DNA from: Albugo candida
Taxonomy: Eukaryota
Direction: 5' to 3'
DNA length: 64,000 bases
NCBI GenBank assembly: GCA_040437565.1
Contig: JBDOQK010000003.1
Location: 558,001 to 622,000, forward strand
Below the pieces are notes generated by a model that did no database searches, was not told where the DNA came from, and worked only from the letters and a program-made list of their open reading frames with translations. A program made the position numbers and the translations under genes. Positions 46,900-59,200 of this stretch are shown here, piece after piece. Every line of letters begins with the position of its first letter. The stretch's first letter is position 1.

Positions 46900-47825
46900 T
46901 ACCATCTTTTGCCAACCTTACTCCATAGCCGCGACCGTATGCCGTGTTTACCAGCTTTCTCTTTGTGTTGTGTGCAATGGTGCAAGCTACCCGAGCTGTG
47001 AGTCAACGACATTTTAGTGACCTCATTCCCTGTATTTGACTGCTTTCCTGTTGTTGTATTTGAGCTATTATCATCGGCTGGTGGATGACTTTTGTCCTTG
47101 ACTTGTTGGATCACCACGGCCCCTTTGTACGCATGAGAAAAAGCACATAGATACTCACGGAACAACGGTCCAAAGGTTGATACAAATTGATTGATTTCTT
47201 TGTAATTGCTGGTCGATTCATCTAGCAGAGATATATTGAGAGTTTGCTGGAGAACTCTTGCAATTTGAATGCCAACAGGTAAAGTATAGCGTGTGTGTGG
47301 TCTAAATCCGAGCAATTCTGGTTTGATCAACGCCGGGCATAGCATTCTCAGTACGAGCACATTTCCGACAGCAATCGGAAGTGCGCTTTCACTTTCACCA
47401 AACGCATTCACGTACTCTTTAAAGATATGTTGAGTGCATGCTCGTAAGGAAGCCGGCCCAGACTCCGTTGTGCGCGCCAGTTTGTGTATAATAATCTTCA
47501 CGTATTCTAAGATCTCTTGGATCTTGATCTCCTCTCTTTGTTCGCAGTTGGCCCTATCTCTGTAGAATCGTGCATCATTAAATATATCGCTAATTCCATT
47601 TCGAAAGTAAGAATGACCAACACGATAAGCAAAATCGTGAAGCATGCTGCTCAGTACAGACGTAGAGCGCAAAAATAGCTGATGTTTGCCCTTTACATTT
47701 TCGAGTTCAGTTCGAACTGCGTTTTCAAAGCCAGGTATACCCGGGAAGGCACTATTGAAAACGTCGTTCATTGGCATATTCGGAATTTGATGGCAAAGTG
47801 TTGACAAAATGGTGACAAATTGGAG
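46899..47825 (-). CDS. RasGAP-domain protein (terminal exon; 5' structure unresolved)
   Basis: VRTELE...LFLRSTSVLSSML...VGHSYF (arginine-finger region) and GNVLVLRMLCPALIKPELLG (FLR..PA..P signature variant). A CAG acceptor lies just upstream. Confidence 0.7.
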   Translation of the reverse strand, partial: LQFVTILSTLCHQIPNMPMNDVFNSAFPGIPGFENAVRTELENVKGKHQLFLRSTSVLSSMLHDFAYRVGHSYFRNGISDIFNDARFYRDRANCEQREEIKIQEILEYVKIIIHKLARTTESGPASLRACTQHIFKEYVNAFGESESALPIAVGNVLVLRMLCPALIKPELLGFRPHTRYTLPVGIQIARVLQQTLNISLLDESTSNYKEINQFVSTFGPLFREYLCAFSHAYKGAVVIQQVKDKSHPPADDNSSNTTTGKQSNTGNEVTKMSLTHSSGSLHHCTQHKEKAGKHGIRSRLWSKVGKRW

Positions 47826-50231
47826 CTGGGCGGAAAGTCAGACGGAGAGGTGGGGGTCCTTTGGTAAAGAGCTCCGGAGGAACCTTGCATCTGATGAGTT
47901 CAGGCGTGGGATCGGACGTAGAATTTGGTCTCAGAAAAAAGGTGAGCCCCAGATTGCCCCACCGGAATCCGAATATTCACACTCCAGCGTATAATATCAG
48001 CATTCGCATCCACCAAAACCATGTCTCTACATACTTTCTGGGTCCTTCTGCTCCATCTCGTCCCTCCATCCAACCTATCTGATCGATCCAAGAAGCATAT
48101 GGTATCAGAAAAATAGTAGCACCTATAGAATTTCGCGCTCTCTGTGGACTAGACATATGTCTCATATAATGTTCACATTGCCACGGCACTCGCTTTTCCA
48201 TTCAAGACTTGAAACTGCTAACACGGATGTGAGTAAAAGAATTGATGAAATTATAGTATACCTCCAAAAAATAAACCTGCATAAGATTGTTGACCAGCAG
48301 CGTCTGAATGCTCTATCACTAATTCTACGTCAAAACCTTTTGTTTCTCTCAGCACGTCATAATTGCTTTCAATAAATAGGAAGTGGTGATTACGTAAGAC
48401 TTTCTGTTTTGCATAAAGCTTTGCTTGGAATGTGTTACAGCAGCATTGCTACTTTTATGAATTAGGGTGATACGCTTTTGCTTGATAGATGACTAACATC
48501 GCTGCGCTACAAGCAATAAGGTCATGACAAAGAGTTGCAGTGCGATTCCGTTTATTGAGCTGTATGGGTACACATGAAACATCATTGAGATGCAATAAGC
48601 CATCGTGTCCCACAAAGTGAGTGCACTTGTCCTCATGAGCAACCAGCGATGCTCGGAAAATTAGTCAGCATATTCGTTCAATCGTTTAATGGACAGAGTG
48701 CAGATCAAAATTCTGACCGTGTTTTCAGCGCTCTTCCAAGAGCTTTTTGTATTGTCTCCAGGTGCTATTCACTAAGACATTAATGTTCGATTCAAAATCC
48801 GTTAAACTCATGCAAGTCGTTCCTGCATCTTTCATTATAGCCACCAAAGCAGAGCATGGAATTATATTTGAGACAAGTAGTATCCAATAAGCTTGTTTCT
48901 GTTTCCAGCAAGCGCACGTCAGCACCATGGACTACAGCGACCTGGCTGTGCCTTGGTGAGGGGGCTTTTCAGCTATTTCATTGTCCAATGCGTTTTGTCA
49001 TTTCTAAATATTGTTATATCATAGCAGAAAAGGTACGAAAACATCGTACTCGAATAAATCATCCAAACGTATATTATCATCAGAGCTTCTATAAGCAAAG
49101 AGTGATTATAAACCACAGCTGCACGACAATTTCCCCGGGCTGCGGCATTCTCCGTAATTGCACCTGAAATCATATTCTTCGGTAAGTCCTAGTTGCACCA
49201 TTAAAACATGTTTGCAATATGGAGGCTTTGTGCTCCACATTCCAATTGAATTCACGCGTCTACCTCGAAATGCATAAATCGAATCTTGACTGATACAGGA
49301 GACATGAGAGATTGTGCAGACGGAACGTGTGATGGATATGTACCGGGCATCGTCACCAATGATAGTGCATGATTTAACAAATCAACTATTTAATCAGGGC
49401 TTCTTATCGATCAGTCGACTGAATTGAATTCCATAGCAGCAATGCGCTCGTTCGAGCGCCGCACTTTGTTTTTCATCTTGCGCTACAACAAATGCTACAG
49501 TCTCCATGTGCTGGCACAGATTGATTAATGTCAGGTTATGGGAGCTGGGTTGTCCAAGAATTTAGAGGTTCTGTCGGTGCATAAATGGCCCGTTAGGTCA
49601 TCTGTTTATCTGATACTAAATAATTATACATGAGATTTCAATTGCACAGAGTATCTATGAACTGCGAGGTGTAGCATCAATTGAGACTTATTTCGACACG
49701 AGCGTTTTCTTACAGCATAACGACAATCTTGTAGCCAAAATAACGATTTTTCGTTGATATCACACTCGTGTCGTCAAATTGAAAGCAGTGCGAATCTTGC
49801 CTCGTACCCATCGCAGTTGGCACCGATCGTAATACATGCACTCAGCTCTTTTATCGATCCCAAAGTTGGCTTTGATGCCTCATCACATTCGATCAAAATG
49901 TCGTGTAAGCCATTACAGAGTTGATAAATGTGACAGATTGGGCACAGCGTCCTGGCAAAAATGCATCTCGCATTGACCAAGACGAAAGTAATTACGAATC
50001 CTAATCTACATCAAAACTAGCTAATGCAAAAAGAATACAATGTTGAGAAATACGCGTTGTCTCATGATCCCAAGGTTCCGCGTGGGCCGCTCTGTAAGAC
50101 TACAAACGACTTCATAGTTGCAACTCTTCCTTATCACAGTCCGGCTAAACAATCATACACTTTATTCGGTTCCCTTCGTGCAACATTGCTCCATCATTTC
50201 CGTCTAAAGTTCCGAAAATTGAGAGGCGTAG

Positions 50232-53200
50232 ATGGCTGAGAATCTTGCAGCTCTTGTCGATAAGAGCTCGTATACACAGCAAGTTCTTGATGAAGAAGAC
50301 CATACCATTGACCTAATATGTGCCTTTGTGAAGGTGACTTCATTAGCACTGCTCGGTCATGACCCAAAGATTCCAAATACCGTTATGGAGAATCTATTCA
50401 ACGAAACACTAAACTTATCAGATTCCAAGCTCAAAATTGCACAATTTGTGAGTGATCACAGTGTCCGAGTTCTTCAAATTCACTGGATAGCGTCAAATAT
50501 GGACATGGCAAAAGATCTATCCGAAACGCATCGCTCAAGTGCGCAATTTGACATAAACCTTGGGATGAAGTATCCTACGGGGTCGCATCTTGACCATAAC
50601 ATCATTTGTTTCATCAAACGACATAATTCTGCATTGAGTGAAGAGGAACTGTTTCGACATCAGCTTCAGATCATGACCATTGGGCTGAAAGATGCCAACC
50701 CAAAGTCTGGTATAAACATGTCGAAGTATCAAGGGTATGACCAGAGTGATGTTTTGGATAGTGCCAGTGAAGCAGGAAATGGAGAAAGCAATGTTTTGTC
50801 GATAGTGTACAATTACATTCATCAATCACTCGGTCCGCTGGTCCAAGAATACGCCAAAATACATCATCCTCCCAGCACACAATCCAGTGCAAACGAAGCC
50901 ACAAGAGGTAGGCTTGCTTATTTTTCTTCGGGTTAGTGGTCTGTGCTGACATTAAGATATAGGACTACCAGCCATTCGCCGTCGAATGAAAGAGCTTGAG
51001 CTGGCACTTTTACAGTACCAGCAGAATATTGAAATTCCAGAAGTTAAGCTGGTTTTTCATCCAGTGATCCAAAACGCGGCCTCTTTGATCCGTGAAAAAG
51101 GAGCGCCAATTGACATGGAGACTTTGAATCTCGAAGACAAGCTACAGGATGTCACTTTTTTGAATGAAATCCAAGCCGGGGTGAATCGCTGGATAAAAGA
51201 AATTCAAAAGCTTACAAAATTGATCAAGTAAGCTTCATACAGACCCGAATTTTACGCCTATTCTGATTCTTTGACGTAGCGAACCACTCCCGGGAACGTC
51301 GATTCAAGAAATCAATTTCTGGTCAGATTTACATCGTGCCTTATTACAAACTCAGGAATTGCTCGCATCTCCCGAGGTCGAAATCACGATGGCGATACTG
51401 AAGCGTGCGAAGCGATATCTCGTCACGGTGACATTCAGTACTGATCACGGTCTGAATACTACAATTCAGCAGGTCACAAGTGTCATGAGTTTGATGAAGG
51501 AATTTCCAATTGGTGCCATTTTATCTGCAACGGACGTAACACAGCTCACAGAAGGCGTTCTCGTTATTTTCAATCATTTGAAGAAAATCCGCGTTGCCGA
51601 CGAATACAAACTATCTCGACTTTTACAATTCGTTGAGATCATATCGAGCGACTTGATGCAACAAATTCAGGGTTTATTACGTGCGTACAAACTGATCCAA
51701 ATGCCTTATGATCAATTTCAGACGCTGATGGGCTCCTGCAAGGAGCTTTTCACGACATGGCATCGACAGGTTGGAATGCTGTACGAAGTCACAAAAGAGT
51801 TATCAAAACGTCGAGGAACGATGAATACCGACAAACCAGCTCTTTTATCGGAGTTGCAAATGGGACATGCTGTGATCGAGGAGCGGTTACTCGAACTTGC
51901 TGATTTTCGAGAACAGCATCAACGACTCTGTCAAGTGATTGAACGAGTTCTGTTCAATGCCAAACCCGGAGAAACGATCGATGAGGCAAATAAGGGCGAA
52001 ATCAGTCTTGATGCACTCACGGATATCAACACTGCTTATGATCAACTGGCATCGCTGGATCTACTCGACGTGTCAAGCGATGGAAACGACGCATGGAACA
52101 ACGCTCGTAGATCTTACGAGTTTTGTATTGATCGGGTGGAAGGGAAAATCACAACAAGTCTCATCAGTCGACTTTCGATGACCTCAAATGCAGACGAAAT
52201 GTTTCGTGTCTTCTCAAAGTACAATGCTCTATTTTTCAGACCTCGTATACGAAGTGCAGTACAACAATTTCAAATGCAACTAATTGAAAAAGTGAAGGAG
52301 GATGTCGGTCGGCTACAGGCAAAGTTTCGCGCGCATTACGCATTCTCGGAAGCATCACGCACAAGCAAATTACGCGATATCCCTCCTGTCTCGGGGGCAA
52401 TCATGTGGGCTCGACAGATTGAGCGCAAATTGAAATTGATTCTTTCTAGGGTGGAAAGTGTACTGGGCGCCGGCTGGGAGCAACATGTGGAAGGAAGAGC
52501 ACTGAAAATGGCAGCTGAAGCATTCATGTCTCGTCTGAATCCCCAGTTGATTTTTGATCAGTGGGTCGGCGAACTAGCGTCAATGCCGATCTTTGACATC
52601 AAAAATATCATACTGAATATCATCACTGTGGAGACAACAAAAGGTCCGCAGAAACGATTAGTGGTTGCATTCAATCACCAAATTGTGACACTTTTCAAAG
52701 AAGTTCGCAATTTGGACTGGCTCAATTTCCGAGTTCCCTTCACACTGAAAATGATTGCTGAAGACGCCAAGTCCAAATATCCTCACGCGATGTCTCTGGA
52801 TGCCAGCTTGAAGACGTACACAACCGCATGCCAACGCATTCAGCCGATTTTCGAGCCTTTGGCGGCGGGTTATGTCAAAGCAATTCGTGTGGCAATCGGT
52901 AAAACTTTTGTACGAGGAAATGAAATGCGTTGGCATGCAGATGGTTTGGGCGAATACGTATCCGATGTTGTAGTGAAGGCCGAAATCTTGCATGATAAAG
53001 TTGAGGAATTGATCGAAAAATGCAAAGGAATAAACCACATTTTGGAAGTCCTTCATGCTGCGCCAGAAATGGATTTGGATTTGATACGTTCCGAACTCGC
53101 AAAAATCCAATCAATCGTTGACGAGTTAAGTCTTTCGGACTATACCAATCTCGACATTTTCGTGTCAAAACTGAACGATAAATTGAGTGAAGTACTGGCA

Positions 53201-56200
53201 GCCAAGCTGCAACATGTTTTAGGCCTCTGGGTGGAGCTATTTGAAGCTGAAGAAGCACGAGAAAATGGTCAAAATGTATCACCTGAAAGCACAAGAAAGT
53301 GGAACACGGCTGCGTCAGTACTGGAGGTAGCTAGCAAGACACATCAGATTGTCTTACGGAATCAGGTTTTATCCATCGCACCATCTTTGGACGTAGCTCG
53401 ATCATTCTGGTTCGAGCAATTACATCAACTTATAAGCGGACTCTGCTGTCTTCCAAAGATTCAAACATCTTCGTACGAGAACGTGTACGGGCCAACTGCA
53501 TCCTTAAATGCCCTGATGTCTTCATCCACTCGTCGACGCGATGCATCGATGAGGCGAAAAGAAGTGCACTTTGAACACATTTTGCATGGTGTCCCAAAAC
53601 CTCTTGTTATACAAGCATATCGAGCTGTGAATAACGTGATCACAGCTGCCGATGCGTATGCAGCGACATGGCTGCATTATCAGACATTGTGGGATATGGA
53701 TGCTCAAACGGCCATCGCAAGCCTCGGCGAAGACTTGTGCAAATGGCAGCAGATTCTGCTGGAAATCAAACGAGAACGCTCAAGCTTTGATGTCGTAACG
53801 GATTCTAAGCGCTTTGGGCCGATTGTGATCAATTATCAGCAAGTTCAAGCCCAAGTGAACGTCAAATATGACGCGTGGCACAATGAATTCATTTCTTATT
53901 TCGCCGATTTGCTGTGCAGCAAAATCAATGAATTCTATGGCATCATCTCGTCCAAGCGCACGCAGCTAGAAAGTCATGTACTGGAAGCTGCAACAGCACA
54001 AGTCGTCAGTGCGGTGACACTAGTTCAAGAGATGAAGAAAATGCGCTCGCAATGGAAAAAAACCATCGAGTCTTTCATACAGGGCGAAAGTTTACTGAAG
54101 CGTCAACGCTACAAATTCAACTCAAACTGGCCTTCATTAGCAAATGTCGAAGGAGAATGGGATGCTTTCTTGCAATTATTGGAACGTAAGAGCACGGCGA
54201 TTGATTCACAATTACCGCAGCTGCAAACCAAAGTAATGGATGAGAAAACAGCATTGGAAAATCGTATTGCAGAGGCAGTGTCTGATTGGGACTCTAATAA
54301 ACCTTTGCATGGTGATCAAAGCCCCAAATCAGCTCTTGAGATGCTTGTTCTGTTTGACTCTCGTTTCAAAATCTTACAGCAAGAGTGGGTGAAAATGGAA
54401 GGAGCGTTGGAGGCACTTGAGCTGACGTTGTATCCAGGTGGAGGACTTCAATCCAGTCTCTCAAATATCAAACGCGTGATAGAAGAAATCTCAGGACTTG
54501 ATGAAGTATGGAGGAATCTCTTGTCAGTATGGGTCGAGTTGGAAGAATTGCAAGAGACAATGTGGTCTGCTGTTCAAGCTCGGAAGATTCGTCGTCAATT
54601 GGAAGAATTCACCGAGCAGATGCGACGTCTACCAGCGCGAGTACAGCAATATGAAGCTTTTGAACACTTTATCGCCTCCATTCAGCTGAAAAAATCTATC
54701 AATTCGCTTCTATCGGATCTCAAATCAGACGCTATTCGTGAGCGACACTGGAAACAGATTTTGGCACTTTTGAAAATCACGTGCCCGTTTTCAGAATTAA
54801 CTCTGCGAAACTTTTGGGAATCTCGCATCGCGCAACACGAAGTCGAGCTGAAGAGCTTGATCCAAGCAGCTCAAGGAGAAATGGCTCTTGATGAATTCTT
54901 ACGCCAACTCGGCGAACACTGGAACAATTCACAATTGGAGCTTGTCGCGTATCAAAATCGCTGTCGCATTGTTCGCGGTTGGGACGAGATCTTTGCGAAA
55001 CTCGAGGAACATCTCAATAGCCTCTCAAGTATGAAACAATCGCCATTCTATCGAGTGTTTGCTGATCTCGCACTCAACTGGGAGGAGAAGCTTAATCGCG
55101 TCAAGTCGATTTTGGACGCTTGGATCGATGTACAACGACGCTGGGTCTACTTGGAAGGGATCTTTTTTGGCTCGGCTGATATCAAACAGCAGCTACCGAA
55201 AGAGTACATGCGATTCCAAAGCATCGACAATGAGTTTATGACAATGATGAAACGTGTGGCACAAAAACCTCAGATTTTAGAGGTGGCAAACATTCCCAAC
55301 CTTTTACACACTCTTGAACGTCAGCAAGAAATGATGGGGAACGTACAACGGGCTCTGGGCGAATACCTTGAGCGTCAACGAGCAACGTTTCCACGCTTTT
55401 ATTTCGTGGGTGATGAAGATTTACTCGAGATTATCGGCAACAGCAAAGAACCAGTACATATTCAGCGGCATTTATCGAAAATGTTTGCTGGAATCGCATC
55501 TTTGAAGCTGTCTGAGAACGATGCTAATGTTATCATTGGAATGGTTTCCCGGGAAGGCGAAGAAGTTCTTTTCAAAGAATCCATTTGTGTGGCTGAAGAC
55601 TCTCGAGTCAACATTTGGCTGCGTCAAGTGGAGGTTCAGATGCGGGACACACTCGCGCATTCGCTGACATTGTGTTATACTTCGTGTCCCGAGTCTACGC
55701 AGAAAGCTTCTTTCATTCAGTGGATATCTACGTATCCAGCACAAATTATCATTTTGGCGACCCAAGTGCGCTGGTCTAACGCGGTAGAAGCTGCTCTAAC
55801 TACTGGAGGCTCAGGTGCATTGGAAAGACTCGACCAGGTCGTAGCCCTTGCAGACGACACATTACAGCTATTGAGCCAGCAAGTGCTCTTAGATATCACG
55901 ACGGAAATGCGGAAAAAGTACGAACAGCTGATCACGGAAATCGTCCATGAGAGAAGTGTCACGCTCAGATTATCGCAAGCTCAAGTCACAGACGTCCGGG
56001 ACTTTCGCTGGATATATCATATGCGCTACTATTTCAATCCAGCCGAGCCAGAATCGTCCAAAAGACTGACTATCAAAATCTCAGATGCCACTTTTCCATA
56101 CGGATTCGAGTATTTGGGTGTAGGAGAACGACTTGTTCAAACGCCATTGACGGAGAGATGTTACTTAACACTCACACAAGCACTCGACTTTGGACTTGGA

Positions 56201-59200
56201 GGAAATCCATTCGGTCCGGCAGGAACGGGTAAGACAGAGTCTGTGAAAGCGTTGGGAGCTCAACTTGGTCGATTTGTGTTGGTCTTCAATTGTGATGAAC
56301 ACTTTGACTTTCAAGCAATGGGACGCATCTTTGTGGGGCTGTGTCAAGTCGGAGCTTGGGGCTGTTTTGATGAATTCAATCGTCTCGAGGAGCGAGTTTT
56401 ATCGGCAGTCTCTCAGCAAATTCTTGCAATTCAAAGTGGAGTTTCTCTATTAAAAGTCAGAGATAAAGAATCGAATTTCACACATTCAAACACGACACCG
56501 ATCATGGTCGAATTGCTTGGGAAGAATGTGAAGCTACATGCGAACGTGGGCATATTTGTGACCATGAATCCAGGCTATGCAGGACGATCCAACTTACCGG
56601 ATAACTTGAAGCAGCTATTCCGAAGCATTGCGATGACCGCACCCGATCGCGAATTGATCGCACAGGTTATGCTATTCTCTCAGGGCATTACCATCGCACA
56701 AAGCATTGCAGCGAAAGTTGTGCTGTTATTCCGACTTTGCGAGGATCAATTGTCCAAACAACCGCATTACGATTTTGGACTTCGTGCTCTGAAAAGTGTT
56801 CTCATTAGCGCTGGACATTTGAAACGCAAAATGATGAACGAAACGGGAACGCCCGTCGATATCGAAAAGATCGAAATGACGGCGCTTTTAGGATCCATCA
56901 ATGATACAATTTTACCAAAACTCGTCGCGAGCGATGTGGCTGTGTTTGAGGCGTTGTTTGATGGCACGTTTCCCAATATCGAGAGAGTGCATCTTCACGA
57001 TGTTACATTACAACAAACTGTGGAACGAATAGCGCAATCACAACAACTCGTGGTACATAAGCCGTGGATTCTCAAGATACTCCAACTCCAACAAGTCAGC
57101 CAGCTTCGACATGGTGTGATGCTGGTGGGGCCTTCGGGAACTGGTAAAACGAGAGCTTGGCAGGTCTTACTTGCATCATTGGAAGCCAATTACGGAATGA
57201 AAAGTGAAGCTCATGTGATCGACCCAAAAGCATTGTCAAAGGAACATCTCTACGGTTCATTAGATNNNNNNNNNNNNNNNNNNNNNNNNNNNNNNNNNNN
57301 NNNNNNNNNNNNNNNNNNNNNNNNNNNNNNNNNNNNNNNNNNNNNNNNNNNNNNNNNNNNNNNNNACGGGTAAGACAGAGTCTGTGAAAGCGTTGGGAGC
57401 TCAACTTGGTCGATTTGTGTTGGTCTTCAATTGTGATGAACACTTTGACTTTCAAGCAATGGGACGCATCTTTGTGGGGCTGTGTCAAGTCGGAGCTTGG
57501 GGCTGTTTTGATGAATTCAATCGTCTCGAGGAGCGAGTTTTATCGGCAGTCTCTCAGCAAATTCTTGCAATTCAAAGTGGAGTTTCTCTATTAAAAGTCA
57601 GAGATAAAGAATCGAATTTCACACATTCAAACACGACACCGATCATGGTCGAATTGCTTGGGAAGAATGTGAAGCTACATGCGAACGTGGGCATATTTGT
57701 GACCATGAATCCAGGCTATGCAGGACGATCCAACTTACCGGATAACTTGAAGCAGCTATTCCGAAGCATTGCGATGACCGCACCCGATCGCGAATTGATC
57801 GCACAGGTTATGCTATTCTCTCAGGGCATTACCATCGCACAAAGCATTGCAGCGAAAGTTGTGCTGTTATTCCGACTTTGCGAGGATCAATTGTCCAAAC
57901 AACCGCATTACGATTTTGGACTTCGTGCTCTGAAAAGTGTTCTCATTAGCGCTGGACATTTGAAACGCAAAATGATGAACGAAACGGGAACGCCCGTCGA
58001 TATCGAAAAGATCGAAATGACGGCGCTTTTAGGATCCATCAATGATACAATTTTACCAAAACTCGTCGCGAGCGATGTGGCTGTGTTTGAGGCGTTGTTT
58101 GATGGCACGTTTCCCAATATCGAGAGAGTGCATCTTCACGATGTTACATTACAACAAACTGTGGAACGAATAGCGCAATCACAACAACTCGTGGTACATA
58201 AGCCGTGGATTCTCAAGATACTCCAACTCCAACAAGTCAGCCAGCTTCGACATGGTGTGATGCTGGTGGGGCCTTCGGGAACTGGTAAAACGAGAGCTTG
58301 GCAGGTCTTACTTGCATCATTGGAAGCCAATTACGGAATGAAAAGTGAAGCTCATGTGATCGACCCAAAAGCATTGTCAAAGGAACATCTCTACGGTTCA
58401 TTAGATTACACTACATTAGAGTGGACAGACGGCGTGTTCACATCGATTCTGCGTCAGATTTTGAATAGCGTTCGCGGTGAATGCGATAAACGTCATTGGA
58501 TCATCTTTGATGGTGATGTGGATCCTGAATGGGCTGAAAATCTCAACTCGGTACTGGATGACAATCGAATACTGACTCTTCCTTCAGGAGAGCGTCTTGA
58601 GCTTCCTTCGAATGTCTGGATCATCATGGAAACGGAGTCTCTTGAGCATGCGACTCTCGCGACAGTAAGTCGTTGTGGAATGGTATGGTTTTCCGAGGAT
58701 ACAATTGGCACGCATCATGTCGTTGAACACAATCTCTTACGACTGGAAAACGGCGAGATGGCCATTTCATACAGTTTGGATGCCGAAAATGTTGTACAAA
58801 CGACTTTTACTTATGTGAATGCCATCCGCGAGCTCATTTCACAGTCAGACTCAAGTGTTATGTCGCTGCTTGAAGTGGTTCTGGACTTTGCAATGGCGAT
58901 GAAGCATATCATGGACGTCACAAAGGCACGCTTGCTCATGTCTTTATTGTCCCTTTTGAACAAGGGCCTCTCGAGGATACATGAATACAACGAAACACAC
59001 GCGGATTTCATGCTGAATGAGACGCAAATTGTCGGACTGAGCACCAAATGGTTTATATTTGCGCTCGTTTGGGGCTTTGGAAGCTCTATGAATTCCAAAA
59101 ACAGACTTTGTTTGTGTGATCACATTGTTGAGATATTTGGAAATCGACTTTCGCTTCCGGTGAATGGAAGAAATACGCCGGAAAATAGCTTACTGGATTA

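Noticed and set aside
48400-50200. Short ORFs between RasGAP and dynein
   Set aside because: No recognisable homology or consistent splice pattern by eye.
57366-58406. Apparent extra AAA1/AAA2 module in dynein
   Set aside because: Exact gap-flanking duplicate of 56225..57265.
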